Virus record (IMG/VR): IMGVR_UViG_3300048549_001141
Location: 1 to 31,889 of that record
DNA length: 31,889 nucleotides
DNA from: a virus
Taxonomy: Duplodnaviria > Caudoviricetes
Reading direction: 5' to 3' (one strand)
Translations under genes and position numbers: made by a program
Notes under the pieces: generated by a model
Databases searched by the model: none
Seen by the model: the letters and a program-made list of their open reading frames with translations, nothing else
What the model was told of the DNA's origin: nothing
Shown here: one piece after another, positions 9,791-18,214 of the stretch
Numbering within the stretch: position 1 is the stretch's first letter
Layout of the letters: each line of letters begins with the position of its first letter

Positions 9791-10507
9791 ATGTCTTTAC
9801 AATCACCCGACAACATTTTGAATGTGAAGAATGCCGTCATCAGGGTGAATAGTGTAGAGGCAGATAGCATCACCGCCAATACTCTCACTGCTAATAACGT
9901 GACAGAGGGAATACTGGGCGCTATATACCCAGTGGGCACGATTATAGACCGCGCAACTGCGATCACCGATACCCACTTAAACGGTAAGTTTAAGGCGTTC
10001 CTCGCAGCCCCTAATCAGGAGTGGGAATTGACTAAATCGCCTAGTACCACAGTTGCTTTTAGGGCTGATAACAATACATCCGCAACATATGCTGCATATA
10101 CGCAGCATGCTTTTCAAGTGACTAAAATTAATATAGGCAATTGTTTTGCGAACAATGTATTTACTGCTCCTTCAGATGGACAGTACGTTTTTGGATTACA
10201 TTTAAACACTTACCAAGATTCTAGTATGATTAATGGGCTTAGAAAGAAAGCTGTTGGTGAATCAACGTTTACGTATATTCAAGATTTGATGCAACCTCAA
10301 GGAAATTCTAGTGAAAATTATAGTGAGTTGTCGAAATCGATGATATTAACACTTGATGAAGGAGACCAGATTGATGTATCTGGTCGTACTGATCTTAATG
10401 TTAACAGTATGAATGGTGATAGTACAGTAAGTCTTAGTCATTATATTTTCTGGGGTTTCAAAGTTGGTGGTTCAACAGACAATTACAGGTACAGGCGCAC
10501 AGTGTAG
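9791..10507 (+). CDS. Short fibre protein: Gp10-C-like frame (IYPVGTI...YRRTV) with an inserted C1q-like domain
   Basis: 238 aa. It shares a 108-bp block with ORF 1-4737. The insert has the C1q-like pattern VAFRA...FTAPSDGQYVF...LxLDEGDQI...FWGFKV. Confidence 0.75.
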   Translation: MSLQSPDNILNVKNAVIRVNSVEADSITANTLTANNVTEGILGAIYPVGTIIDRATAITDTHLNGKFKAFLAAPNQEWELTKSPSTTVAFRADNNTSATYAAYTQHAFQVTKINIGNCFANNVFTAPSDGQYVFGLHLNTYQDSSMINGLRKKAVGESTFTYIQDLMQPQGNSSENYSELSKSMILTLDEGDQIDVSGRTDLNVNSMNGDSTVSLSHYIFWGFKVGGSTDNYRYRRTV

Positions 10508-10559
10508 ACCCAACGTGTAAAAAGTCAGCTTAAAAAAGTGTTGAGACAACACAAGCCCC

Positions 10560-10600
10560 CACATTTAATAACGTGTAAATCATTTCTTACCCTATATTAA
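10560..10600 (+). promoter_or_regulatory. 41-bp cassette leader element, copy 3
   Basis: Identical 41-mer abutting ATG 10601. Confidence 0.9.
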
Positions 10601-12589
10601 ATGTCTATTGAAACAGCAGACAACATTTTGGAAGTTAAAAATTCCACAATGAGGATCAGCCGAATTGAGGTTGGACAAACCTTCGTAGTAGGCAATGTGG
10701 AATTTGAATCCCCCCAAACTTTGGCATCAGTCAGCAATACAGGCAACACCACCCCCTATACAATTGAATTTACCAACCCCACGACCTCCCTAGTGACCTC
10801 CTCGAACGTCTCCGTCGGCACCGCCAATCTCTTCGTGGATACAGTGAGCTCTAACGTTGGTGTGGGGACGAACCTCCCCCTAGCCAAGTTGGACGTGAAG
10901 GGGGACATCGGGTTGGTGGGGAACATCTACAGCGACTCCAACCTCTCCGTCCAGTACACCACTGAGAACCCGAGTAATACCTGGGCCCAAGTTGGGGGGG
11001 ACTTCTTCGGCGAAACTCCAAGTGATCGTTTGGGTTATTCTGTAGCTATATCCACCGATGGTTTGCGAATAGCTTTAGGTGAGTATCATCATAACAGCAA
11101 TGCTGGTCGTGTGATAGTGTTTGATTGGAATGGAAGCACTTGGATTCAAGCTGGTACGGACATAGATGGTAGTGGGGAATTTGGATATGGTATATCACTA
11201 TCCTCTGACGGAAAACGGTTAGTTGTAGGAGCACCTACCACCACTAATGGAAACACTAAGGTATACGATTGGAGTGGTAGTGCATGGGTTCAGGTGGGGG
11301 GGGACCTAACTGGAACTGCATCGGGGGATCAGTTTGGTATCGACGTCTCTATAAGTGGTGATAAAACCCGAATTGCGGTGGGTGCCAAGGGACACGATTC
11401 GAGTCGGGGTGAGGTGAAGATTTACGAATATCACCAAGGTTCGGCGACTTGGGTCCAACTCGGTTCCACCCTTGACGGAGAGGCAACCGGGGATCGTTTT
11501 GGTGGGTCGACAGCTATATCCTCCAATGGCTCGCGCGTGGCCATTGGTGCCGACAACAACGACGGTGGTGGTACAGACGCGGGCCATGTAAGGGTCTTCG
11601 ATTGGGATGGAAGTGTTTGGACTCAAGCTGGTGACGACATCGATGGTGAGTCTGCAGGTGACCTGATGGGTTTCAAAGGAGGAGTAAGCCTGTCTTCTGA
11701 TGGGTTACGACTGGCTGTCAGTGCTAGAAGGGATGATGCAACTGGAACCGATGCGGGTCACGTGAGGGTCTTCGATTGGAATGGGACTGCTTGGGTTCAG
11801 GTTGGTACAGATATAGACGGTGAGGCGGCGGGTGATGAGTTTGGGGTCGGAGTTGCCCTCTCCCCAGACGGTTCTCGTCTCGCGGTGGGTGGGCATACAA
11901 ATGACGCCGGTGGTTCCAATGCCGGTCACGCGAGAGTCTTTGAGTACATCGGCGGAAGTTGGACCCAAATTGGGGCGGACCTAGATGGCAATGATCCCAG
12001 TGGTTTATTTGGCACAGCCGTGGCTTTGTCATCCAATGGTTCGAGGCTGGTTGTTGGTGGTCCAAGGGTTGACGGATCTGGTGGTAGTGAAGCTGGAGTA
12101 GTGAAGGTCTTCGACTACGACGGTGTTCTCAAAACCAAACAAATCATCAAGGAGGACATCGTGGAAATCCCCGGGGACCTCAGGGCGGGGTGTCCGGTGA
12201 TATTTCAAGCTGCCGCAACTGGAACTACTATTAATGCTACGCAACTTATTCCGTATAACAATGTATTGAACAATAAAGGTGGGGGGTATAATCCAAGCAC
12301 TCGTCTTTTCACCGCACCCATAGCAGGTTTCTATCATTTTTCATTTTATCATATGTCACACAACAGCCAAACAGAGGGTATATTTACTTTAAATGGCACT
12401 TATGTTAAAGCTGGTGGTACCCCTATCCGTGTTCATAGTAATGTGGACGGCTCTCACAGCCCCGCATCGGCTTCTTTAAACGTATACATGAATGCGAGTG
12501 ACACAATGGGAATCAGTTTAACTTCAGGTAATATGTTCATGTCGGCCAGTCAGTATGCTGGATTTAATGGTTTTTATTTGTCTTCATAA
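10601..12589 (+). CDS. Fibre/adhesin: 7-bladed beta-propeller plus C-terminal C1q-like domain
   Basis: 662 aa. Seven W-x-Q-x-G-x-D-x-x-G...FG-x-x-V-x-LS-x-DG repeats. C-terminal NKGGGYNPSTRLFTAPIAGFYHF...FNGFYLSS. Confidence 0.85.
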   Translation: MSIETADNILEVKNSTMRISRIEVGQTFVVGNVEFESPQTLASVSNTGNTTPYTIEFTNPTTSLVTSSNVSVGTANLFVDTVSSNVGVGTNLPLAKLDVKGDIGLVGNIYSDSNLSVQYTTENPSNTWAQVGGDFFGETPSDRLGYSVAISTDGLRIALGEYHHNSNAGRVIVFDWNGSTWIQAGTDIDGSGEFGYGISLSSDGKRLVVGAPTTTNGNTKVYDWSGSAWVQVGGDLTGTASGDQFGIDVSISGDKTRIAVGAKGHDSSRGEVKIYEYHQGSATWVQLGSTLDGEATGDRFGGSTAISSNGSRVAIGADNNDGGGTDAGHVRVFDWDGSVWTQAGDDIDGESAGDLMGFKGGVSLSSDGLRLAVSARRDDATGTDAGHVRVFDWNGTAWVQVGTDIDGEAAGDEFGVGVALSPDGSRLAVGGHTNDAGGSNAGHARVFEYIGGSWTQIGADLDGNDPSGLFGTAVALSSNGSRLVVGGPRVDGSGGSEAGVVKVFDYDGVLKTKQIIKEDIVEIPGDLRAGCPVIFQAAATGTTINATQLIPYNNVLNNKGGGYNPSTRLFTAPIAGFYHFSFYHMSHNSQTEGIFTLNGTYVKAGGTPIRVHSNVDGSHSPASASLNVYMNASDTMGISLTSGNMFMSASQYAGFNGFYLSS

Positions 12590-12596
12590 TGTATAT

Positions 12597-12956
12597 ATGG
12601 ACGACCAAGAATTACAACAACTTACCTTCGTACAACAAATTTTAGATCCAATTCCGGGTGGAAGTGCTTGGGGTACAACTTGGGAATCTATTCAATTTCC
12701 ACCCGGTCATGAGAAGCCCCCAAAGGAGGCCTTCGAGGCCAAACTCCAAGAACTCATCGATGCCCAGCCCCTAAAGGAACTCCGCCAGGAACGTGACCAC
12801 CGCCTCCAAGCAGCGGATTGGGTGGCCGTCAAGGCCTTCACAACCTCCACCCCCGTCCCCCAAGAGTGGTTGGACTACATGCAGGCTCTAAGGGACCTCC
12901 CAGCCACCACTGAGGACCCCAAGAACCCTGTTTGGCCCGTCCAGCCAAGTCCATAG
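12597..12956 (+). CDS. Phage tail-fibre assembly chaperone-like protein (copy 3)
   Basis: Start re-assigned to ATG 12597 (MDDQEL..., 119 aa), 7 nt after the fibre stop. Conserved LRQERD...DW...YMQALRDLP...WP motif. Confidence 0.8.
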   Translation: MDDQELQQLTFVQQILDPIPGGSAWGTTWESIQFPPGHEKPPKEAFEAKLQELIDAQPLKELRQERDHRLQAADWVAVKAFTTSTPVPQEWLDYMQALRDLPATTEDPKNPVWPVQPSP

Positions 12957-12972
12957 GACTTGTCCCCTCCCC

Positions 12973-13013
12973 CACATTTAATAACGTGTAAATCATTTCT
13001 TACCCTATATTAA
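12973..13013 (+). promoter_or_regulatory. 41-bp cassette leader element, copy 4
   Basis: Identical 41-mer abutting ATG 13014. Confidence 0.9.
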
Positions 13014-15089
13014 ATGTCCATCGAAGGCAATCAGGGTTTTCTGGAAATTCCAAATGCTTCCCTCAGGGTTTCAGGGAACGTTCACGCCGAGGGCATAACG
13101 GTTGGGTCGGTCCATATCCAGTCCGCGGCGACCCTCCAATCCACCACGGTGTCTGGGAACACCACCGCCCAAACGGTGCAGTTCACCAACCCCACGACCT
13201 CCCTAGTGACCTCCTCCAACGTGGGGATCGGGACGAATGCACCCCTAGCGGCCCTTGACGTGAGGGGGGACTTGAGGTTGACCAGCACATCAAACACAGC
13301 CCACTCTGTGGAGTTGAGTGTGGGAAATCGTTCGAACGCGTACACGAAAATAAGTCATCTGTATCCATACTCAACTTTTTATAGTGACGCGCACGCCGAC
13401 TGCCTTGGGTATAATGTCGCCATAAGCGGTGATGGAAAAGTTATAACCGCAACCACTTTATTTGACGCTAGTGGAGCCACCACCAATGCTGGTTCAGTGT
13501 ATGTATTTACACAAAACTCTCTTGGTGAATGGAACCCAGTTCAGAGATTATACGCCAGTGACGCAGCCACTAATGATAGATTTGGTGGAGAACAAACCCA
13601 AGATTATACAAAAGCTCTGTGTATTTCGACAGATGGTTCAGTATTTGTTGTGGGAGCTTTTAGAGATGATGATACAGCCGGAGATACGGGTTCAGCGTAC
13701 ATTTTTGAAAAAAGTGGTTCTACTTGGTCGCAAGTTCAGAAAATTGTAGCCAGTGACGCAGCCGTAAATGATCACTTCGGTATGGGTGTGTGTATATCTG
13801 GAAATGGTGCTTGTATAGCGGTTAGTGCTCCGTATGATGACGTTGGTGGATCAGGTGATCAGGGGTCTGTATACATGTTTGAGAAGGTTGGGGGTACATG
13901 GATACAAACCCAGAAACTAGTCCAATCGGATACACTCGCAAGCACAATATTTGGTAATAAACTCGCACTATCCGATGACGGAACCACCTTAGCAGTCGCT
14001 GCTGCACATCATGACAACCCCACTGGATCATCTACTCAGGGAGATGCGGGTGCCGCCTACATATTCGATAAGGCTCAGAACGGTACCTGGTCACAAACCC
14101 AAAAAATATATCCATCCGATGGAGCGGCTAATGAACACTTTGGGTATGGTATAGATATATCGGGGGATGGAACGGTTGTAGCTGTAGGTCAATCATCCGC
14201 GGATGGTGTCAACATCGGTCAATCTGGTTTGGGTGCTGTGTACGTGTATGTTAAATCCGGTGGTGCGTGGTCAGCAACCCAAACACAAAAAATTGTATCT
14301 ACCGATAACGCTTCAGGTGACGCCTTTGGTCACGACGTCGCTCTTTCCCAAAATGGTGACCGACTTTTAGTGGGAGCTCCCCGTGATGATGATACACAAA
14401 CGGATAACGGGGCTATCTACATTTTTGACCGAACTAACGGAGTCTGGACACAGACTACAAAACATCACGCAGTAGCAACACACGGCGTCACAAATTATGA
14501 TGGTTTTGGCACTTCTGTGAGTATTTCCGGTGATGGTAAAGTATACATCGGTGGTCACCAGTATCAAGATGTCATGCTGGGTGGTTATGATCAGGGTGGT
14601 GTCTATGTCTACGACGAAAAATTCTACATAGACAAAACGGCACACCTAAAACTTAATCGTAATTTTTTGGCACCAAATCCCATAATGTTCTCTGTAGCTC
14701 ATAAGGGGAAAGGTTTCACCGCTGGAACTGGTCCAAATGGTCCAGTTGTTATAAAATTCAATATAGTTGAGCTAAATAAAGGGGGTGGGTATAACCCAGA
14801 AACGGGTTTATTTACTGCGCCTATAACGGGTTACTACATGTTCGACGCCTTCACGTCAAGTATTCACAATGCGTACCATGTGATGGTGGGTTTCTATAAG
14901 AATGGAAACAGGTATCAGCCATCAATGATGCCAAACGCAGTGACTGGTGGTATTAACAGCACAAAAAACACCACAGGGTCTATAATAGCAAATCTTGAAG
15001 CGGGTGACACATTTTCGGTTAATCTTATATATGGGTGGATAGATGCGGCGTATCCATCGGGTTTTACAGGATTTTATTTATCGGCGTAG
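13014..15089 (+). CDS. Fibre/adhesin: 7-bladed FG-GAP-like propeller plus C-terminal C1q-like domain
   Basis: 691 aa. Seven W-x-Q-x-QK-x-x-x-SD...FG...ISGDG repeats. C-terminal NKGGGYNPETGLFTAPITGYYMF...FTGFYLSA. Confidence 0.85.
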   Translation: MSIEGNQGFLEIPNASLRVSGNVHAEGITVGSVHIQSAATLQSTTVSGNTTAQTVQFTNPTTSLVTSSNVGIGTNAPLAALDVRGDLRLTSTSNTAHSVELSVGNRSNAYTKISHLYPYSTFYSDAHADCLGYNVAISGDGKVITATTLFDASGATTNAGSVYVFTQNSLGEWNPVQRLYASDAATNDRFGGEQTQDYTKALCISTDGSVFVVGAFRDDDTAGDTGSAYIFEKSGSTWSQVQKIVASDAAVNDHFGMGVCISGNGACIAVSAPYDDVGGSGDQGSVYMFEKVGGTWIQTQKLVQSDTLASTIFGNKLALSDDGTTLAVAAAHHDNPTGSSTQGDAGAAYIFDKAQNGTWSQTQKIYPSDGAANEHFGYGIDISGDGTVVAVGQSSADGVNIGQSGLGAVYVYVKSGGAWSATQTQKIVSTDNASGDAFGHDVALSQNGDRLLVGAPRDDDTQTDNGAIYIFDRTNGVWTQTTKHHAVATHGVTNYDGFGTSVSISGDGKVYIGGHQYQDVMLGGYDQGGVYVYDEKFYIDKTAHLKLNRNFLAPNPIMFSVAHKGKGFTAGTGPNGPVVIKFNIVELNKGGGYNPETGLFTAPITGYYMFDAFTSSIHNAYHVMVGFYKNGNRYQPSMMPNAVTGGINSTKNTTGSIIANLEAGDTFSVNLIYGWIDAAYPSGFTGFYLSA

Positions 15090-15094
15090 AGTAT

Positions 15095-15478
15095 ATGGAA
15101 TTTCCCCAATTGATAGAACAAGTTTTGAAGGAACTCATGAGTCCAGGTGATGTCCCAGGGTTCAGTTTCGGTAGGACTTGGGAGTCTATAGATTTTCCCC
15201 CCGGCTACGAGAAGCCCCCAAAGGAGGCCTTTGATGCGAGGTTGAAAGAGTTGGTGGACGCCCAGCCCCTCACCAAGCTTAGGGAGGAGAGGGACCAGAG
15301 GCTCGCCAAGTGTGACTACATCTTCGTGACGGACTACCCCCACGCTTCCGCGGAGGTCAAGGCGGCTTGGGCAACCTACCGCCAAGCCCTCAGGGACCTC
15401 CCCACCACGGTGACCCCAACCCTAAACAGGAGGGGGGAACTGGGGGGCTTCGAGTGGCCAACTCAGCCAAGTCCGTAG
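15095..15478 (+). CDS. Phage tail-fibre assembly chaperone-like protein (copy 4)
   Basis: Start re-assigned to ATG 15095 (MEFPQL..., 127 aa), 5 nt after the fibre stop. Motif: LREERDQRLAKCDY...WATYRQALRDLP. Confidence 0.8.
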   Translation: MEFPQLIEQVLKELMSPGDVPGFSFGRTWESIDFPPGYEKPPKEAFDARLKELVDAQPLTKLREERDQRLAKCDYIFVTDYPHASAEVKAAWATYRQALRDLPTTVTPTLNRRGELGGFEWPTQPSP

Positions 15479-15489
15479 GACTTGTACTC

Positions 15490-15530
15490 CACATTTAATA
15501 ACGTGTAAATCATTTCTTACCCTATATTAA
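15490..15530 (+). promoter_or_regulatory. 41-bp cassette leader element, copy 5
   Basis: Identical 41-mer abutting ATG 15531. Confidence 0.9.
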
Positions 15531-18152
15531 ATGTCCATCCAAGGCAACGATGGTTTTTTAGATTTGGAGAACGCCTCCCTCAGGGTGACTGGGAACGTTC
15601 ACGCCGAGGGCCTCAAGGTTGGGTCGGTCCGTCTCCAGTCCGCGGCGACCCTCCAATCCACCACGGTGTCTGGGAACACCACCACCCAAATGGTCCAGTT
15701 CACCAACCCCACCAAGGGCTTCGGCGTCACCTCGAACATCGAGGTCGGCGACGCCAATCTCTACGTGGACACGACGACGGGGAGGGTGGGGGTGGGGACG
15801 AACGCACCTATGGGGACCCTAGACGTTAAGGGCGTCCTCAATCACACCCAGGTCGCAAACGTAGCCCAAATCACCTCAAACTCCAACGTCGTCATGGAGT
15901 ACCGCCGCTCCAAGAAGCTCATCAAGTACCCGAGGGTGGCTATGACTTCGGCTTCGATTGGTGGGTATATGGTAACGGTAAGTAGTTTTAGAACTGATCA
16001 ATCCCTCTTCGGGTGGAAGGCGTTTGAAATGTCTACCGATATTTCAACGACATCGGTACACAACACATGGACGTGTGCCACAAGTGCGAATTATGGAGGC
16101 ACTGATAACACATACGCCGGATCAGAGAATCTGGGTACAGGAGCTGTAAATGGTGAATGGATTAAACTTCGAATACCAGAAAGGATTCAGTTAGATTATA
16201 TGAGAATTTATAATAAAACCAATGATAGTACTCGCATTGTAGAAGATTTCCGTGTGTATGGTTCTAATGATAATTTGAACTGGACACAACTTCTCACTGT
16301 AACCAACCAAACAACAACATTTGAAAATGTATTCGATGTAAATGCTGTAGGATTTTATGAATATATCGCATTAGTCGTTACAAAAATTTCTGGTCAAAAT
16401 AATTATTTCCGTATACTTGAACTCGAATACTTCGGCCTCCCCGAATACGACCCCGGGGCACACGGCACAGACGTGGTCCTCCACACCACCCCCAATGTCC
16501 CTAATACGGATTGGTTGGAGGTCTACTACGACGGTCAGGACTACACCTCCATGCCCGCCACTGTGGCAGACAAGTCTGTAAATGGGTTCACCGGAACCCC
16601 CTCAGGTGGGGTTGGTTTTGATTCCACCTACAAAGCCTTCACCTTCGATGGGGTGGATGATTATATCGATGCAAGCGTTTCAGCCTCATTTACAGGTAAC
16701 CAAGTGTATACCTTTTCCACGTGGATAAAGCCGGATTCACATCCAACGGGTTATATTGGTATATTTGGTATTGGTGCTGCTACTACTAATAATTCAATGG
16801 GTTTATTTTTGAACAATGGAATTATAACTCATCTCACACACGGTAACAATTTGGAAACCGGAACCATCGCAAAGATAGGCAAATGGGTGCACATCACTGG
16901 AACGTATGATGGTAATTATAGAACTGTATTTGTGGACGGTGAACGTAATGGCCGTGATTCGTATTCGAGTTTAAATTTAACGAGTACCACTAATTTCAAA
17001 ATAGGATCAAACCTTGCGGGGGCTCAGCATTTCAACGGCTCCATCGCCAACTTCCGTCTTTACAACCGGCCCCTCACAGCGGATGAGATCTGGGAGCTCT
17101 ACTCCTACCAGAAGGAGTACTTTGGGGTCAGCCCAGACGTGGTGACCCTAAAGAATGGGCGCCTAGGGATCGGGACCTCGAAGCCTAGGGCCGTCCTAGA
17201 CGTTATGGGGGGGCTATCATGTGGAGGTCCTCTTAAAATTGGTACTGCGGGTAAGGATTATGGTGTTAGTGAGGACCTCGGTTATGGAAGGAAAAATTTA
17301 TTTATACATTCAACATTCAATGGAACCGCAACTGAAGATTATGGTTGGTGGATAGGTGCCCAAAATCAGACTCTCACTTCCGGCGATAATGATCTATATT
17401 TTACAGTCGTGAGAAATGGAGTAGACAACGCAACTGCGTATATTAGCGACGACAAGAACAATATATCAATGAATTTCACCGGTCAACATAGAACTTTCAT
17501 TAAGAACGTTCCTTTCAGTGAAGCTGGAGAACTAGAAGGTCTTATCGTCTCCTCAGACCAAAACAAATATATCAAGATGAGTGGGGGTATTGAGACTGGT
17601 TCGAATGCTATTACTACAAATGAATCACTACCAGTCGTATCTCTCTCGAATGTGGTGAGCGACAAAAAATGTTTCGGTGTCATATCAGCATCTGAAGACC
17701 CCAAACAGCGTAGTGATGCGTTTGGTAATTTTGTAACCCCCTATAAAAAAGAAAATGGTGATACTCGGGTCTACATCAACTCGGTCGGTGAAGGTGCCAT
17801 TTGGGTCGTGAACACCAATGGCCCCCTCGAAGCGGGTGATTACATCACAACATCCAATGTGGTTGGTTACGGTCAAAAGCAAGACGGTGCCGGTCTCATG
17901 AACTACACGGTCGCCAAGATCACTATGGATTGTGATTTCAACCCCGTGACCCAACCTATCCAAATTATCGAAAAGAGTGAAGATGGGGAAAACGTTCTCG
18001 ATGAGCATGGTCAGATTCAGTGGGAGGATCACACCACAGAGACAGAGAAGGCATATAAAATTAGGTACATAGACGCTTCAGGTGCCCAGACAGATGAAGC
18101 GAACGCAGTGCACACAGCAGCCTTCGTGGGGTGCACGTACCACTGTGGCTGA
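15531..18152 (+). CDS. Fibre/adhesin: discoidin-like + LamG-like domains + C-terminal FTGQH...CTYHCG domain (putative intramolecular chaperone)
   Basis: 873 aa. Discoidin-like motifs GEWIKL, YGSND and ELEYFG. LamG-like motifs FDGVDDYI, TFSTWIKP, WVHITGTYDG and FNGSIANFRLYNR. The C-terminal domain from about 17472 has NSVGEGAIWV, GDYITTS and YTVAKIT. Confidence 0.8.
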   Translation: MSIQGNDGFLDLENASLRVTGNVHAEGLKVGSVRLQSAATLQSTTVSGNTTTQMVQFTNPTKGFGVTSNIEVGDANLYVDTTTGRVGVGTNAPMGTLDVKGVLNHTQVANVAQITSNSNVVMEYRRSKKLIKYPRVAMTSASIGGYMVTVSSFRTDQSLFGWKAFEMSTDISTTSVHNTWTCATSANYGGTDNTYAGSENLGTGAVNGEWIKLRIPERIQLDYMRIYNKTNDSTRIVEDFRVYGSNDNLNWTQLLTVTNQTTTFENVFDVNAVGFYEYIALVVTKISGQNNYFRILELEYFGLPEYDPGAHGTDVVLHTTPNVPNTDWLEVYYDGQDYTSMPATVADKSVNGFTGTPSGGVGFDSTYKAFTFDGVDDYIDASVSASFTGNQVYTFSTWIKPDSHPTGYIGIFGIGAATTNNSMGLFLNNGIITHLTHGNNLETGTIAKIGKWVHITGTYDGNYRTVFVDGERNGRDSYSSLNLTSTTNFKIGSNLAGAQHFNGSIANFRLYNRPLTADEIWELYSYQKEYFGVSPDVVTLKNGRLGIGTSKPRAVLDVMGGLSCGGPLKIGTAGKDYGVSEDLGYGRKNLFIHSTFNGTATEDYGWWIGAQNQTLTSGDNDLYFTVVRNGVDNATAYISDDKNNISMNFTGQHRTFIKNVPFSEAGELEGLIVSSDQNKYIKMSGGIETGSNAITTNESLPVVSLSNVVSDKKCFGVISASEDPKQRSDAFGNFVTPYKKENGDTRVYINSVGEGAIWVVNTNGPLEAGDYITTSNVVGYGQKQDGAGLMNYTVAKITMDCDFNPVTQPIQIIEKSEDGENVLDEHGQIQWEDHTTETEKAYKIRYIDASGAQTDEANAVHTAAFVGCTYHCG

Positions 18153-18173
18153 GTCCCGACATCGTAGATGTCC

Positions 18174-18214
18174 CACATTTAATAACGTGTAAATCATTTC
18201 TTACCCTATATTAA
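18174..18214 (+). promoter_or_regulatory. 41-bp cassette leader element, copy 6
   Basis: Identical 41-mer abutting ATG 18215. Confidence 0.9.

Noticed and set aside
9215..15094. Extended N-termini of the chaperone ORFs (starts at 9215, 12555, 15035)
   Set aside because: They overlap the upstream fibre genes. The downstream TAT-ATG starts (9395, 12597, 15095) give lengths matching the paralogues at 8311 and 20365.
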